From IMG/VR virus record IMGVR_UViG_3300028840_003851: 64,000 nucleotides of DNA. The stretch is one strand, 5' to 3'. Under the pieces are notes generated by a model that worked only from the letters and a program-made list of their open reading frames with translations, ran no database searches and was not told the origin of the DNA. Shown here piece by piece: positions 15,766 through 24,969 of the stretch (its first letter is position 1; every line of letters starts with the position of its first letter). Origin of the DNA: a virus. The position numbers and the translations under genes were made by a program.

Positions 15766-18234
15766 TCACAGCTCGGTCAGCGGTGCACCACGTAGTACAA
15801 CATCGCAGACATTAGCTGCTGCAGAGGTCACGGCGTAGCCTACCTCTACAACCACATCTGGGTTAGCAGAGGGGAACCCTGTACCTCCGCTACGGCACAC
15901 GCGCCCAAGCGTTGTAGACACGTAAACGCGGTCTCCTGCAACAACATCAGACTCGCAAGCAACACTCGTTCTACCGCTAGAGGCTAGAACACCGTCAAAG
16001 GTGGCTGGTCCTGAGTCTACGGTTGTCACGACACCGGCAAACACGGATGTTGCTAGAGCGTCGGCATCTGCTTGGTCTACGCTGTTCGCTGTGGTTGTCA
16101 TGTACGCTACATCACCGACACTGCACGCTCCAGTGTCCATGCCTGTAACGGCTCCTCCAACGCCGTGGTAGTGCAAGGCACTAGCATCTGAGCCGTCTAG
16201 CAGCGTGTCCATGTTAGGCGCTGTGAAGTTGGCCGTGGTAAGCGCCGTACTAGCAATCAAGAAGCTAGTCCCAGAGGGTACGTTCAGCGTACCGTTAGAT
16301 GCATTGATAGCACCAGACCCTAGGAACGCAAAATCGGGGTTAGTAGATGCGTTACCGAAGCTCATCGCCTCAGCGGCGTCTGTTGTGTCGATGAGCAGGT
16401 AGTCGTCCGTGTTCTGCTCAATCAAGAACGCCAGGGCGCTGTTATCAGAGATACGGTACCGACAAGCACCTCCCAGCCCCATAAACACAGTGAAGTTCTG
16501 AGCGGCGTCCATTGACAGGTCAAAGCTTCCAGTGGGGTCTAGGTTTATGGTCCCACCAGTAAAGTTGAAATTCCCGCCTATAACGTCTAAACCGGAAACA
16601 CAGTCAACGTTGCCGTTAAACGTGGCCTGACCCGAGCCATATACCTGGAAGTCTGGGTTGGTCGTTGTGTTGCCAATCCCTACCTCCTCAGAGCCGTCGC
16701 CCGTATCTATTCGGATGTAATCTCCAAGGGCACCTTCCCTGATAAGAAAAGCACTGGAGTTATTGTCCGCCAGAACCATCTCGATGCCCTGTCCGGCATC
16801 CATCGCTAGATTGAAGCTTCCGGTGGGGTCTAGGTCGATGTTCGTCCCGGTGAAGGTCATCTGACCTCCGGACACATCAATACCGGCCTCTGCATCGAAG
16901 TTCACCGCAGAGGAGAAGCTGTTCAGGTTCGTGCCGTTTACAACCAGGTCCTGCGTGGCCGGGTCTAGCTGCAGGGTGGCCTGCCGCGTAGCGGCTCCAG
17001 TACCAGAGTTGAGACGGAGCTCTGCGGTAGAGGCGTCTGTAACTCCAGCAGCGCCGATGCCCACAATGGGGGAGTCCGCTGTTCCATCATCCGTAACCGT
17101 GTAAACCAGCAGGGGCGGGTCAGTCGTTGCGTCTAGAGTCCAGAACCCTTGGAACGCAGAAGTACCATCCCCAGAGAACAGCCCTAGATAAGCGTCCTGG
17201 TCCCCCGTGGTATGGTCCTGGTTGATGGTCCACGACACGTTGTCAGTACCGGAACCAGAGGAGCCAGCGGCAATCTGCGTCCACGAGCCACCCACATACC
17301 CGTAGAACGAGTTCAGGGTCTCGTCGTACACAATCATGCCATTGACACCGGTAAGCGCTGTGCGCTCGCCAGACGTCAAGGATACGAGAGCAGAGGCCGC
17401 AGTGGTAGATGTACCTCCCAGCACGATGGCGTCGCCGACTGCACGAATCTCGTGGTCAGCCCCACCAACGGTAAGCAGCCCAGATACGTCCGCAGAGGGC
17501 ATGTCAACATTGCCCGTAAACGTTACCTGACCGGTACCCACCTGGGTGATGGTGGTGTTGTCCGTGGCGTTACCAAGGGAGATGGCCGACGCCGTGGTCG
17601 CTCCCAGGGTGATGGACCCGTCGGACCCAGTGGTGCTAGCGCCCGCTTCCAGCTTAAGGTCACCGCCAGTAGCCCCTCCACCACCACCATCCGCTCCGGC
17701 ACTCGCTGCACGTAGATTAAGGTCTCCGCCATCACCCGCGGCGAACGTAGCGTCTCCAGCACCACCTGTACCCGCTAGGATAGTCAGGTTTCCCCCAGCC
17801 CCGCCAGCGGCCCCACCACTAGACGCTCCGCCACTTCCGCCGTAGATGGCAAGCTGCCTACCAACAGTCTCCACGGGAGAGGTGTCTACGATAACAATGT
17901 GGTTAGCGTCGTTGCTGAAGGTGAAGTTTGGCGCCGCCGCTGTTCCGAAGCGCCCACCCATCGTAATGCGGTCATCAGACGCATCACCGAGGGTTACATC
18001 CTCCTCAAGGACGGTATTACCCTCTACCGTCTCAATACCTTGCACCGTGACATTGCCAGGGAAGGTTACGGTCTGACCGCTCCTACCAACAGACATGCTG
18101 GTAGCATTGACGGTACCAATGTTGAGCACTCCAGCTGCGGCCACATCGAGGCCCAGCTTGATGTGCAGATTGTCTCCATCCGGCAGCCTCTTATGAGAGC
18201 CGCCATCCAGTACTAGGGGTATCTGGTCAGCCAT
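15766..18234 (-). CDS. Large fibre-like virion protein with internal duplication and C-terminal cement-like domain
   Basis: GAGGT RBS; Gly-rich; duplicated GG..TFTG..I.LDPTGSF.L.MDA.Q...N..AFLI....DY..IDT segment. Confidence 0.85.
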   Translation of the reverse strand: MADQIPLVLDGGSHKRLPDGDNLHIKLGLDVAAAGVLNIGTVNATSMSVGRSGQTVTFPGNVTVQGIETVEGNTVLEEDVTLGDASDDRITMGGRFGTAAAPNFTFSNDANHIVIVDTSPVETVGRQLAIYGGSGGASSGGAAGGAGGNLTILAGTGGAGDATFAAGDGGDLNLRAASAGADGGGGGATGGDLKLEAGASTTGSDGSITLGATTASAISLGNATDNTTITQVGTGQVTFTGNVDMPSADVSGLLTVGGADHEIRAVGDAIVLGGTSTTAASALVSLTSGERTALTGVNGMIVYDETLNSFYGYVGGSWTQIAAGSSGSGTDNVSWTINQDHTTGDQDAYLGLFSGDGTSAFQGFWTLDATTDPPLLVYTVTDDGTADSPIVGIGAAGVTDASTAELRLNSGTGAATRQATLQLDPATQDLVVNGTNLNSFSSAVNFDAEAGIDVSGGQMTFTGTNIDLDPTGSFNLAMDAGQGIEMVLADNNSSAFLIREGALGDYIRIDTGDGSEEVGIGNTTTNPDFQVYGSGQATFNGNVDCVSGLDVIGGNFNFTGGTINLDPTGSFDLSMDAAQNFTVFMGLGGACRYRISDNSALAFLIEQNTDDYLLIDTTDAAEAMSFGNASTNPDFAFLGSGAINASNGTLNVPSGTSFLIASTALTTANFTAPNMDTLLDGSDASALHYHGVGGAVTGMDTGACSVGDVAYMTTTANSVDQADADALATSVFAGVVTTVDSGPATFDGVLASSGRTSVACESDVVAGDRVYVSTTLGRVCRSGGTGFPSANPDVVVEVGYAVTSAAANVCDVVLRGAPLTEL

Positions 18235-18244
18235 TGTTGGACCT

Positions 18245-18472
18245 CTATACTATCTCTTCAAACCTGTGGTCGTTGCGAAGCAGACGAAGGGCCCGAGGGT
18301 CTGTGATGTCTACTCCAATGTCCTCTCCCACAACAAATCCTGTTTGCTTATTGGGAGCGTCAATCTTCATCTTTGTCCCGTTCTGTAGAGGGATACGTAT
18401 CTTGCGCATCTGTCCTCTCTTCTTTATCAGTCCGGGTCGGGCTTTTCCGCCCATCCATCTGAAACGTGCCAT
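18245..18472 (-). CDS. Small basic hypothetical protein
   Basis: TGATG stop/start coupling; 75 aa. Confidence 0.65.
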   Translation of the reverse strand: MARFRWMGGKARPGLIKKRGQMRKIRIPLQNGTKMKIDAPNKQTGFVVGEDIGVDITDPRALRLLRNDHRFEEIV

Positions 18473-18924
18473 CAGCCAATCTCCGTGAAGTCTGTATCTA
18501 CCTTGATGAGGAGCACCGTCGCCGACTTAGCTATCCCAATCTTCTGAGATATCAATGGCGGTGTCTCTGGGGGGATGTCCGGTGCAGTGGCAGTTATAGT
18601 GGACCCGCTCACTCCAGATGTGCTCAGATAATAAATGGCACGTGGGACCAACCCCGAGAACCCGGCCATCTCCCCGGAGTACTGCACCACGCATGTTCCA
18701 CCCACGACTGACTGAACAAGGCCAATCACGGGCTGTGTCCCGGGACCATTAGCGTCTGCCAGAGCTACCTGACCAGAGGCCGACAGGTATACAGCATCAC
18801 CTACTGCCAAGCCTCCTAGATGTGTATAGGTTCCTCTATTGGTGGCTGGGTCTCCGCCGCCACCAGCGCCTACCTCGGCAAAGTCTAGGGTTCCTGTGAA
18901 TGGATTAAAGACCAGGGAAGCCAT
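18472..18924 (-). CDS. Capsid cement/decoration-like protein
   Basis: GLAVGDAVYLSASGQVALADA...IGLV...GLVPRAIYYLS...IGIAKSATVLLI. Confidence 0.7.
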   Translation of the reverse strand: MASLVFNPFTGTLDFAEVGAGGGGDPATNRGTYTHLGGLAVGDAVYLSASGQVALADANGPGTQPVIGLVQSVVGGTCVVQYSGEMAGFSGLVPRAIYYLSTSGVSGSTITATAPDIPPETPPLISQKIGIAKSATVLLIKVDTDFTEIG

Positions 18925-19142
18925 TAGGTCCTCTGTACGCGCACCAGGTCCCCAGCTACCCAGGTGAGGGTTAGAGTGGCCACCAGCCCGCCACCGTTGT
19001 AGTACTCAACAGTTGTGGGGTCCCCGCCCGTGTAGCTAATCTGTACGTCGTCGTACTCAAAAGGGACAAGCTGCGCTAGCTGCAGCGTGCTCACAGAGTC
19101 TGTAGACGCGTCCAGGTACCTGCCTATAAGGATGGTCGCCAT
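18924..19142 (-). CDS. Small virion hypothetical protein
   Basis: AAGGAG RBS; TAATG coupling; YTGGDPTTVEYY...VATLTLTW. Confidence 0.7.
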   Translation of the reverse strand: MATILIGRYLDASTDSVSTLQLAQLVPFEYDDVQISYTGGDPTTVEYYNGGGLVATLTLTWVAGDLVRVQRT

Positions 19143-19637
19143 CTAGCTCCTTGCCTCCAATGCCCAGATGCTTAGGGAGAGTACACCAACCGTGCTGAGA
19201 ATTCCCAGCACCACGCCGAACTCTACTGACTGATACCACGGTGGGTCGTTAAGTCTCTTCTGCAGCTCTTCGCGTTTGTCCTCTGAGCTCTTCAAACGAA
19301 GGCGTAGGCTGCTCTCCATCTCCTCTGACCTGGACCTCTCCAGCTTAAGCAGCTTGGAGTAGTGCTCTACCTCTACGAGGCGTAGGTCCTTCTCCCTCTT
19401 CACATCTAGCTCTAGGCGGCGCCTGTACTGCACTATCCAGTTAACCCACCGGAGAGCGGTGTCCTGACTGTAGAGCTGACCTGTGAACGGTGCTGTGTCC
19501 CCCTTACGCAGAGGGACAATGACGTCATCCCCGGGGGGTATCGACTCCACCTTTGGAGGCTCTGCTGACGCTACCTGAGAAATCAGGAGTGCTAGCACAC
19601 AGAGAGTAAAGGTCAGAATCTTACTTGGAGTAGGCAT
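19143..19637 (-). CDS. Signal peptide + coiled coil + C-terminal TM protein (start moved to MPTPSK)
   Basis: KILTFTLCVLALLISQVASA signal; PLRKGDTAPFTG; PWYQSVEFGVVLGILSTVGVLSLSIWAL TM. Confidence 0.75.
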   Translation of the reverse strand: MPTPSKILTFTLCVLALLISQVASAEPPKVESIPPGDDVIVPLRKGDTAPFTGQLYSQDTALRWVNWIVQYRRRLELDVKREKDLRLVEVEHYSKLLKLERSRSEEMESSLRLRLKSSEDKREELQKRLNDPPWYQSVEFGVVLGILSTVGVLSLSIWALEARS

Positions 19638-19639
19638 AT

Positions 19640-22600
19640 CTACGTGCTCACCACCACTGTCCACTGGCCCGTAAGGGGCGTCCATCCGGAGAAATCAATA
19701 GTAAGCGTGTTCCCGTTAACTCCAGTAACCACGCGGGGAGCTGTAGTAACATCTCTCTTTACAAGAAGATTGTCGTACACCGCCACATGATTGAACTGTT
19801 GCCCTAGGTTGTGCGTTACAGTAAGAACACCAGTAACCAGAGAGGCGTCTGTAAACGCTGTCTGGTAGCTCCTGCTGTTGGTTGTTACGAGCTCGTCTAT
19901 AGCGGCCTGAGTATTGGTGGCTGTCAATCCCGACGTGGCGTTGTTGTACGACGAGCCCCTGTTGGTCCAGGTACCAGGGGCAGTAACGTTTACCAACGTA
20001 CCCCCTCCAAGCTTGGTGCAGCAGTTTGTCTCTATGACAGACCCAGCCTCCGCCACGGACGCTGAAGCGCCAAACGCGCAGGCAACAGCACGGAATGTAG
20101 AGCCCCCAGTAACGGTCACAGCTCCAAGAAACTCCGTTGCCATGGAGTTGATGTTCCACGCCCCACTGTTCGGAGACAAAGCTGCAGTAACGTCACAGTT
20201 GTTTATGGTGTACAGCCCCGGACCGTACGTTGCGGACCCTGCGTTTCCTAGCCTGCAGAACCTGTACACACCACCAGCTAGCGTGAAGTTGTCTAGGAAG
20301 TTTGTCCAGCTCGCCTCCATATCGAATAGATGGTCGCCTCCGAGAACCTTACCGCCGAACAACCTTTCTACAGCCAAGCTCTTCCCGTCGAACGGGTCTG
20401 TAAAGATGCAGTCATGCGCGAACAGAGCACCACCTGAGGGGGAGCCTCCACTGAGTACACAGCGGTCTGCTCGCAGCAAGGATGCGCCCGTCAGAGATAG
20501 ATTGGATATTGTGCACCCTATGACGCTCGCCTCCGTCGTATCCGCTGTTGGACCGACGTATGTGGCCGTAGAGGTGATGCTGCCTGTCAAGAAGGTCTGC
20601 CCCTCCTCCCCGACAATGCTTACCCACGGACGTACAACAATATTCTCTGCGTTAGTCCCTGTTATCTTAATAACCCATCTACTGGATGCTGACGGAGACT
20701 GTGCAGTGACGTACGCATCCGCACCAACCCAATTGGGGTACCTCTCTCCAATAACAGCTCCCTCATCAGGGTCTACCAATATTACGCGAGACGGCTGCGA
20801 CCCTCGCTGACCTACAAGAGCGTCTATGGCATCTTGAACGTTATCAACACCGCCAAGAGCGCCTAGGTCCGTGTATCGCACATTAGCCGAATCATCCAAC
20901 ATAGTATCGGGATACGGCGACGGTAGATATGAGAAGTTGGACTGCGTACCGAAGGTACACGTGGCGTCCCTGAATAGGGAGAAGCTAGCTACCTGGAACG
21001 GGAACCCAGCGTTCTCTACTGTATCCTGCGCTACGACAACGTCTCTGTACAGCCTAATCTGGCACGTTCCCCACATACGGAACACCCCCTCAACTCCGGA
21101 TGTCCTACTGCCATCTACAAGCTCTATTACAGTGTTGTCGCTTAGCTCGAATATAGGGGACTGACCGGGTAAGACCTGCAGCTCTGTGCTCCTAAATAGG
21201 AGCCTGTACCCTGTACCCTGTACAGACCACGAGGTAGAGTTACCTACAATCTTTAGGTCCTCTACAATCGACATACCGGGTAACGTAGCCCCGTCCTGAA
21301 TCTCTACCTCTGTTCTTGGTGTGGTTCCAGGAGGGTTACTGCCTTTGAGCGTTGTGTCCGTAATGTCCCAAGCACCTGCCGGGATTAACGCGGGAGACGT
21401 GAACGAGTCATCTATCCGGAGAGTCTTCTTCCCTGGCGGGGCGGCCCCAATAGCGGTCATCATAGCCGCCCAGTCTGTGTACACGTTACCCGCTGCTGTA
21501 CCGCCAGGCTGGTACACGAAGATTAGAGACCCTCCAAACGACAGCTCATCTATGGCCGCTTGTGTGTCGGTAGCGGTTAGATGCCCGGTGATTGATGGGT
21601 CGAACTCTACGTACTGCGCTTCCTCTGAGTTGACAACGAACCAGGCGCTGCCCGACCAGAAGCTCTTAGGGTCATCCCAAGTAGCTGATGCAGCCACTAT
21701 TACGGCAATACCTGATGAGCCAGCTACCCCGCTGAGGGACGTCTCTAAGCAGGAGCATCCTTGCCCCAGAAAGAGGAATATAGAGGAGCCGGAAACCGAA
21801 GCGTCTATTACTGGATTAGCTCCTGACGACCCGCTACCATGCTTCATGTCGAAGTACGCGGGACCTGTGGTTCCTATAACAGACACTAATGGAGAAAGAG
21901 GGCTCGCCGTCATAATGGCGTTGTTCTCCAGCTCCATCTTATCCCCCGATTCAAGGACTATTGCAGGAGGTGCCCCCAAGCTATAAATATTAATGTTGTT
22001 CGCAAGCCTGCGAAGGTTCGTGAGCGAAGCCCCCGCAGACACACGGCATAGAACCTGTGTAAGGCGGGTAGAATACCCCTCTAAAGACACATCGGTCATA
22101 TTCCATGAGCCAACAGGAATGGTTACAGGGGATATGTATGTGTCGTCTACAATGACCTTCCTAGGACCGTCTACGAGCAGAACGTCATCCATCATCTCTA
22201 CCCAATCTGAGTAGTAGCTACCCTCTGTAGGGCCACCCGGACGGAAGATGAATACGCGTGACGTGTCTGCTAGATAGGCGGATGTAGCGGTCCCACCAAT
22301 GTAATGAAACCCCGTTATGTATGGGTCCGCTACTGCGAAGTCGTCTGCCAGCATCAGCAGACCGTTGTCGTAGTTGAACACCCATCCGACGCTCTTGTTG
22401 ATGCCTGTGCCTGTTGTACCGTCTGTAGTGAGAATCTCTGTCCCACCAGCATCGGGGTCACCATTAAACAGACGCGCGGTGTATCCTACGCTAGGAACTC
22501 CTGTTGCCTGCGGAGCAAACGGGGGCTTTAACCACCCGTACATCCACGTAGAGAAGTCTCCGTACGTCTGGAGAGCTACGTATGTGTTGTTGACACCAGG

Positions 22601-22870
22601 AACAGGTGTCATCCTGATAGCATTAGCGGCCAAGCTGTAATCTGCAATCACTCCCGCCAGAGGACCCGCGGCATTCGCTTGCGCTGTTGCTATGTTAGCG
22701 GCTGGATTTGCTCGTACAAGAGCGGCCTCAGTCCACACTAACGCCGCATCTAGGACGAACCCAAAAGCTCTGGTGCTCTCATACCACTGCGCCGTTGGGT
22801 CTGAGTCTAGCACTCCTCCTTGTAGCGCCTTGGCTGCGGCTACAATCCTCTCTAGCTCGCCGAAAGACAC
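19640..22870 (-). CDS. Modular tail fibre/spike (1076 aa)
   Basis: Three modules beginning (R)V...PGG..G..Y.DW, each followed by a T..Q.AID.L trimer-knot motif. Confidence 0.85.
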   Translation of the reverse strand: MSFGELERIVAAAKALQGGVLDSDPTAQWYESTRAFGFVLDAALVWTEAALVRANPAANIATAQANAAGPLAGVIADYSLAANAIRMTPVPGVNNTYVALQTYGDFSTWMYGWLKPPFAPQATGVPSVGYTARLFNGDPDAGGTEILTTDGTTGTGINKSVGWVFNYDNGLLMLADDFAVADPYITGFHYIGGTATSAYLADTSRVFIFRPGGPTEGSYYSDWVEMMDDVLLVDGPRKVIVDDTYISPVTIPVGSWNMTDVSLEGYSTRLTQVLCRVSAGASLTNLRRLANNINIYSLGAPPAIVLESGDKMELENNAIMTASPLSPLVSVIGTTGPAYFDMKHGSGSSGANPVIDASVSGSSIFLFLGQGCSCLETSLSGVAGSSGIAVIVAASATWDDPKSFWSGSAWFVVNSEEAQYVEFDPSITGHLTATDTQAAIDELSFGGSLIFVYQPGGTAAGNVYTDWAAMMTAIGAAPPGKKTLRIDDSFTSPALIPAGAWDITDTTLKGSNPPGTTPRTEVEIQDGATLPGMSIVEDLKIVGNSTSWSVQGTGYRLLFRSTELQVLPGQSPIFELSDNTVIELVDGSRTSGVEGVFRMWGTCQIRLYRDVVVAQDTVENAGFPFQVASFSLFRDATCTFGTQSNFSYLPSPYPDTMLDDSANVRYTDLGALGGVDNVQDAIDALVGQRGSQPSRVILVDPDEGAVIGERYPNWVGADAYVTAQSPSASSRWVIKITGTNAENIVVRPWVSIVGEEGQTFLTGSITSTATYVGPTADTTEASVIGCTISNLSLTGASLLRADRCVLSGGSPSGGALFAHDCIFTDPFDGKSLAVERLFGGKVLGGDHLFDMEASWTNFLDNFTLAGGVYRFCRLGNAGSATYGPGLYTINNCDVTAALSPNSGAWNINSMATEFLGAVTVTGGSTFRAVACAFGASASVAEAGSVIETNCCTKLGGGTLVNVTAPGTWTNRGSSYNNATSGLTATNTQAAIDELVTTNSRSYQTAFTDASLVTGVLTVTHNLGQQFNHVAVYDNLLVKRDVTTAPRVVTGVNGNTLTIDFSGWTPLTGQWTVVVST

Positions 22871-22872
22871 AG

Positions 22873-23037
22873 CTATCTACCTGCTTCCTTGATGAGCCCC
22901 TCGGCTTGTGCCACAAGAACTCGCCACTCTGCTAGCGGGATACGGAACACCTGTACGCAGCTGTCACTCACCTTTACGGAGAGCTGCACCTCTTTGGTGT
23001 CCTTCTTGTATTCGACCTTTGTAAGTGTGGAGAACAT
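22873..23037 (-). CDS. 54-aa ORF (not in ORF track)
   Basis: MFSTLTKVEYKKDTKEVQLSVKVSDSCVQVFRIPLAEWRVLVAQAEGLIKEAGR fills the gap between two large genes; no SD. Confidence 0.5.
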   Translation of the reverse strand: MFSTLTKVEYKKDTKEVQLSVKVSDSCVQVFRIPLAEWRVLVAQAEGLIKEAGR

Positions 23038-23041
23038 AGAG

Positions 23042-24928
23042 CTACACGAAGGTTACGGACATAGAGTCCAGCTGAGTTCCTGGATTGATGATGCGTACCC
23101 AGCCATAGAACCCTATGCTTGCCGGGGTACCTGGGCCGAAGGTGCAGTTGATTGTGTTCCCTACGGAGGAGCCTTCCCTAATGCCGGAGCCGGGTACTGT
23201 CACACCGTCGTCCCAGAAGGCAAGGTTGAACGGCTCATGCACCCGTAGGGGGAAGGTGTTCCCTGGGGGAGGTCCGAAGTTACCTCCGGAGGGAGCATCG
23301 ATACGGTAGACATATACCTCAAGGTTCCCTGCAATGAGGTCTGCCAGGGCGTCTCCTGCCGCGAAGACGCCGGAGAACACAATCGTGAAGGAGGGTATGA
23401 GGCCGGGAGCCTGCGTGAACCTTCTGCCGTAGTCTACGGGAGCTCCTAGAGCCGAATAGTCTGGGTTAGCGCCGCCTACATCGGGCTTGTACAGCGTCCA
23501 ATCGGCGTTGGGGCTTGACGGTCCGTCCGAGCGAACGTAGGTCGTGGTGTTAGGTACCAAGAGGTAGCTGTCGTACTGCTGAGCTTCACCAGCTAGGAGG
23601 GCGTTAGAGCTCACCCACGTACCTGCCCCTGGGAAGCTAGCTGGGTCCTCTCTGCGAGCCTCGTCATCGAATCCCTCAAACAGGTCCGTGCTTGTAATCG
23701 TCCACGTGTCTATCAGCACAAGAGCATTAGCGGACAGCTGAGACCCACCAGCCGCCCACGGGTCTTGAGGTGTAGCTACGATATTCGCGGTGGGCCCCAT
23801 GTACCGGTAGTTGGCTTGAGATATGGCCCACGTGGTGTTTGTGTACCCAACACCAGCCACATCATGGTTGTTCGTCCACCCCGTGAAGCTCCCGGCTCCC
23901 GCACCAAACGGGCACTGGTTAAGCGTGGCTAGCCCATACTCTGCCCCATTTAGGACGAGGTTGCTGTCCACCCTGCTAGTGTTCTCGTTGAGGTCGTCAA
24001 TGCCGATGATGTTGGCTGTGAACTGGCTGTTGAGAACGTAGTACTCAAGTCCGGACAGGTGCTTGGTCTGAATGCCGCCACCTGTCTCTGCAATGGTTAC
24101 CGCACCGCTTATGCTGGGGGTCGTGGGGTTGGCGTCCAGGAACACATCGCTTTGAGTGTACGTGTGCGAAGAGCCGTCTGTAGCACTGTCTGTGTCGTGC
24201 GTGATGGCTACGTGGTACCTGCCACCCGCTAGTCCAGCATTCGTCAGTATAGCGCCGATGTTGACCGTCACAGCCATCTTGGCCTGGAACCTAAGAGAGT
24301 CCGGGCCGTATCCTGTGATGGCAACCGTGATGTTACCGCTGGGAGAGTTATGCAGAGCCACACCGTCTAGCACGGGAGTGGTGTACGTCTCTAACAGGGA
24401 CACCCCATCAGCGTCGTACACGTTGATGGTAGCCGTGCTATCCCCACCAAACCCGGTGGTGTTAGCCGGGGTTGTGAACCCTACAGCAGCGGTGGTAGCG
24501 GCGTCTTGGTCTGTGCCAGCCCACCCTCCGGTGTTAAACGGAGTGCCCTCCCCTCCCGCGGGAGCAGAGATATGTGCGGAAGTACGTGATTGGCCCTCTA
24601 CAACGCTCTGGTCTCCGTTGGCGCCATCAGACGTGTTCCAGTGAGAGAGAAAGGTAGGAGTAGGTATGAATATGTTCACCTGCCCAGGTATAGAAGGGTC
24701 TGAAGCGAGTACATCCGCTCCTATGAAGTTGAGGGCTGTTACGCCCGTTAGAACTACCGTCCCCTCGTCTAAAACAGTGACTCCGCCTATTCCCCCGCTC
24801 TGCTCGAGACGGTAGAAAGCCTCGTCGATGTCGTTACGAAGGTCGGTAATCTCCCCGCCCCTACCACGGCTCTTTAACAGATGCACGCGAACGGGCTTTT
24901 CATCTTTGAAGGACTGAGACTTTCCCAC
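23042..24928 (-). CDS. Virion structural protein (628 aa)
   Basis: Long Gly/Thr/Asp-rich beta-type ORF in the structural block. Confidence 0.85.
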   Translation of the reverse strand: MGKSQSFKDEKPVRVHLLKSRGRGGEITDLRNDIDEAFYRLEQSGGIGGVTVLDEGTVVLTGVTALNFIGADVLASDPSIPGQVNIFIPTPTFLSHWNTSDGANGDQSVVEGQSRTSAHISAPAGGEGTPFNTGGWAGTDQDAATTAAVGFTTPANTTGFGGDSTATINVYDADGVSLLETYTTPVLDGVALHNSPSGNITVAITGYGPDSLRFQAKMAVTVNIGAILTNAGLAGGRYHVAITHDTDSATDGSSHTYTQSDVFLDANPTTPSISGAVTIAETGGGIQTKHLSGLEYYVLNSQFTANIIGIDDLNENTSRVDSNLVLNGAEYGLATLNQCPFGAGAGSFTGWTNNHDVAGVGYTNTTWAISQANYRYMGPTANIVATPQDPWAAGGSQLSANALVLIDTWTITSTDLFEGFDDEARREDPASFPGAGTWVSSNALLAGEAQQYDSYLLVPNTTTYVRSDGPSSPNADWTLYKPDVGGANPDYSALGAPVDYGRRFTQAPGLIPSFTIVFSGVFAAGDALADLIAGNLEVYVYRIDAPSGGNFGPPPGNTFPLRVHEPFNLAFWDDGVTVPGSGIREGSSVGNTINCTFGPGTPASIGFYGWVRIINPGTQLDSMSVTFV

Positions 24929-24969
24929 AGCACCTCTACTCTAGCAGCTGACTGCTTTCTAAGGGAACG

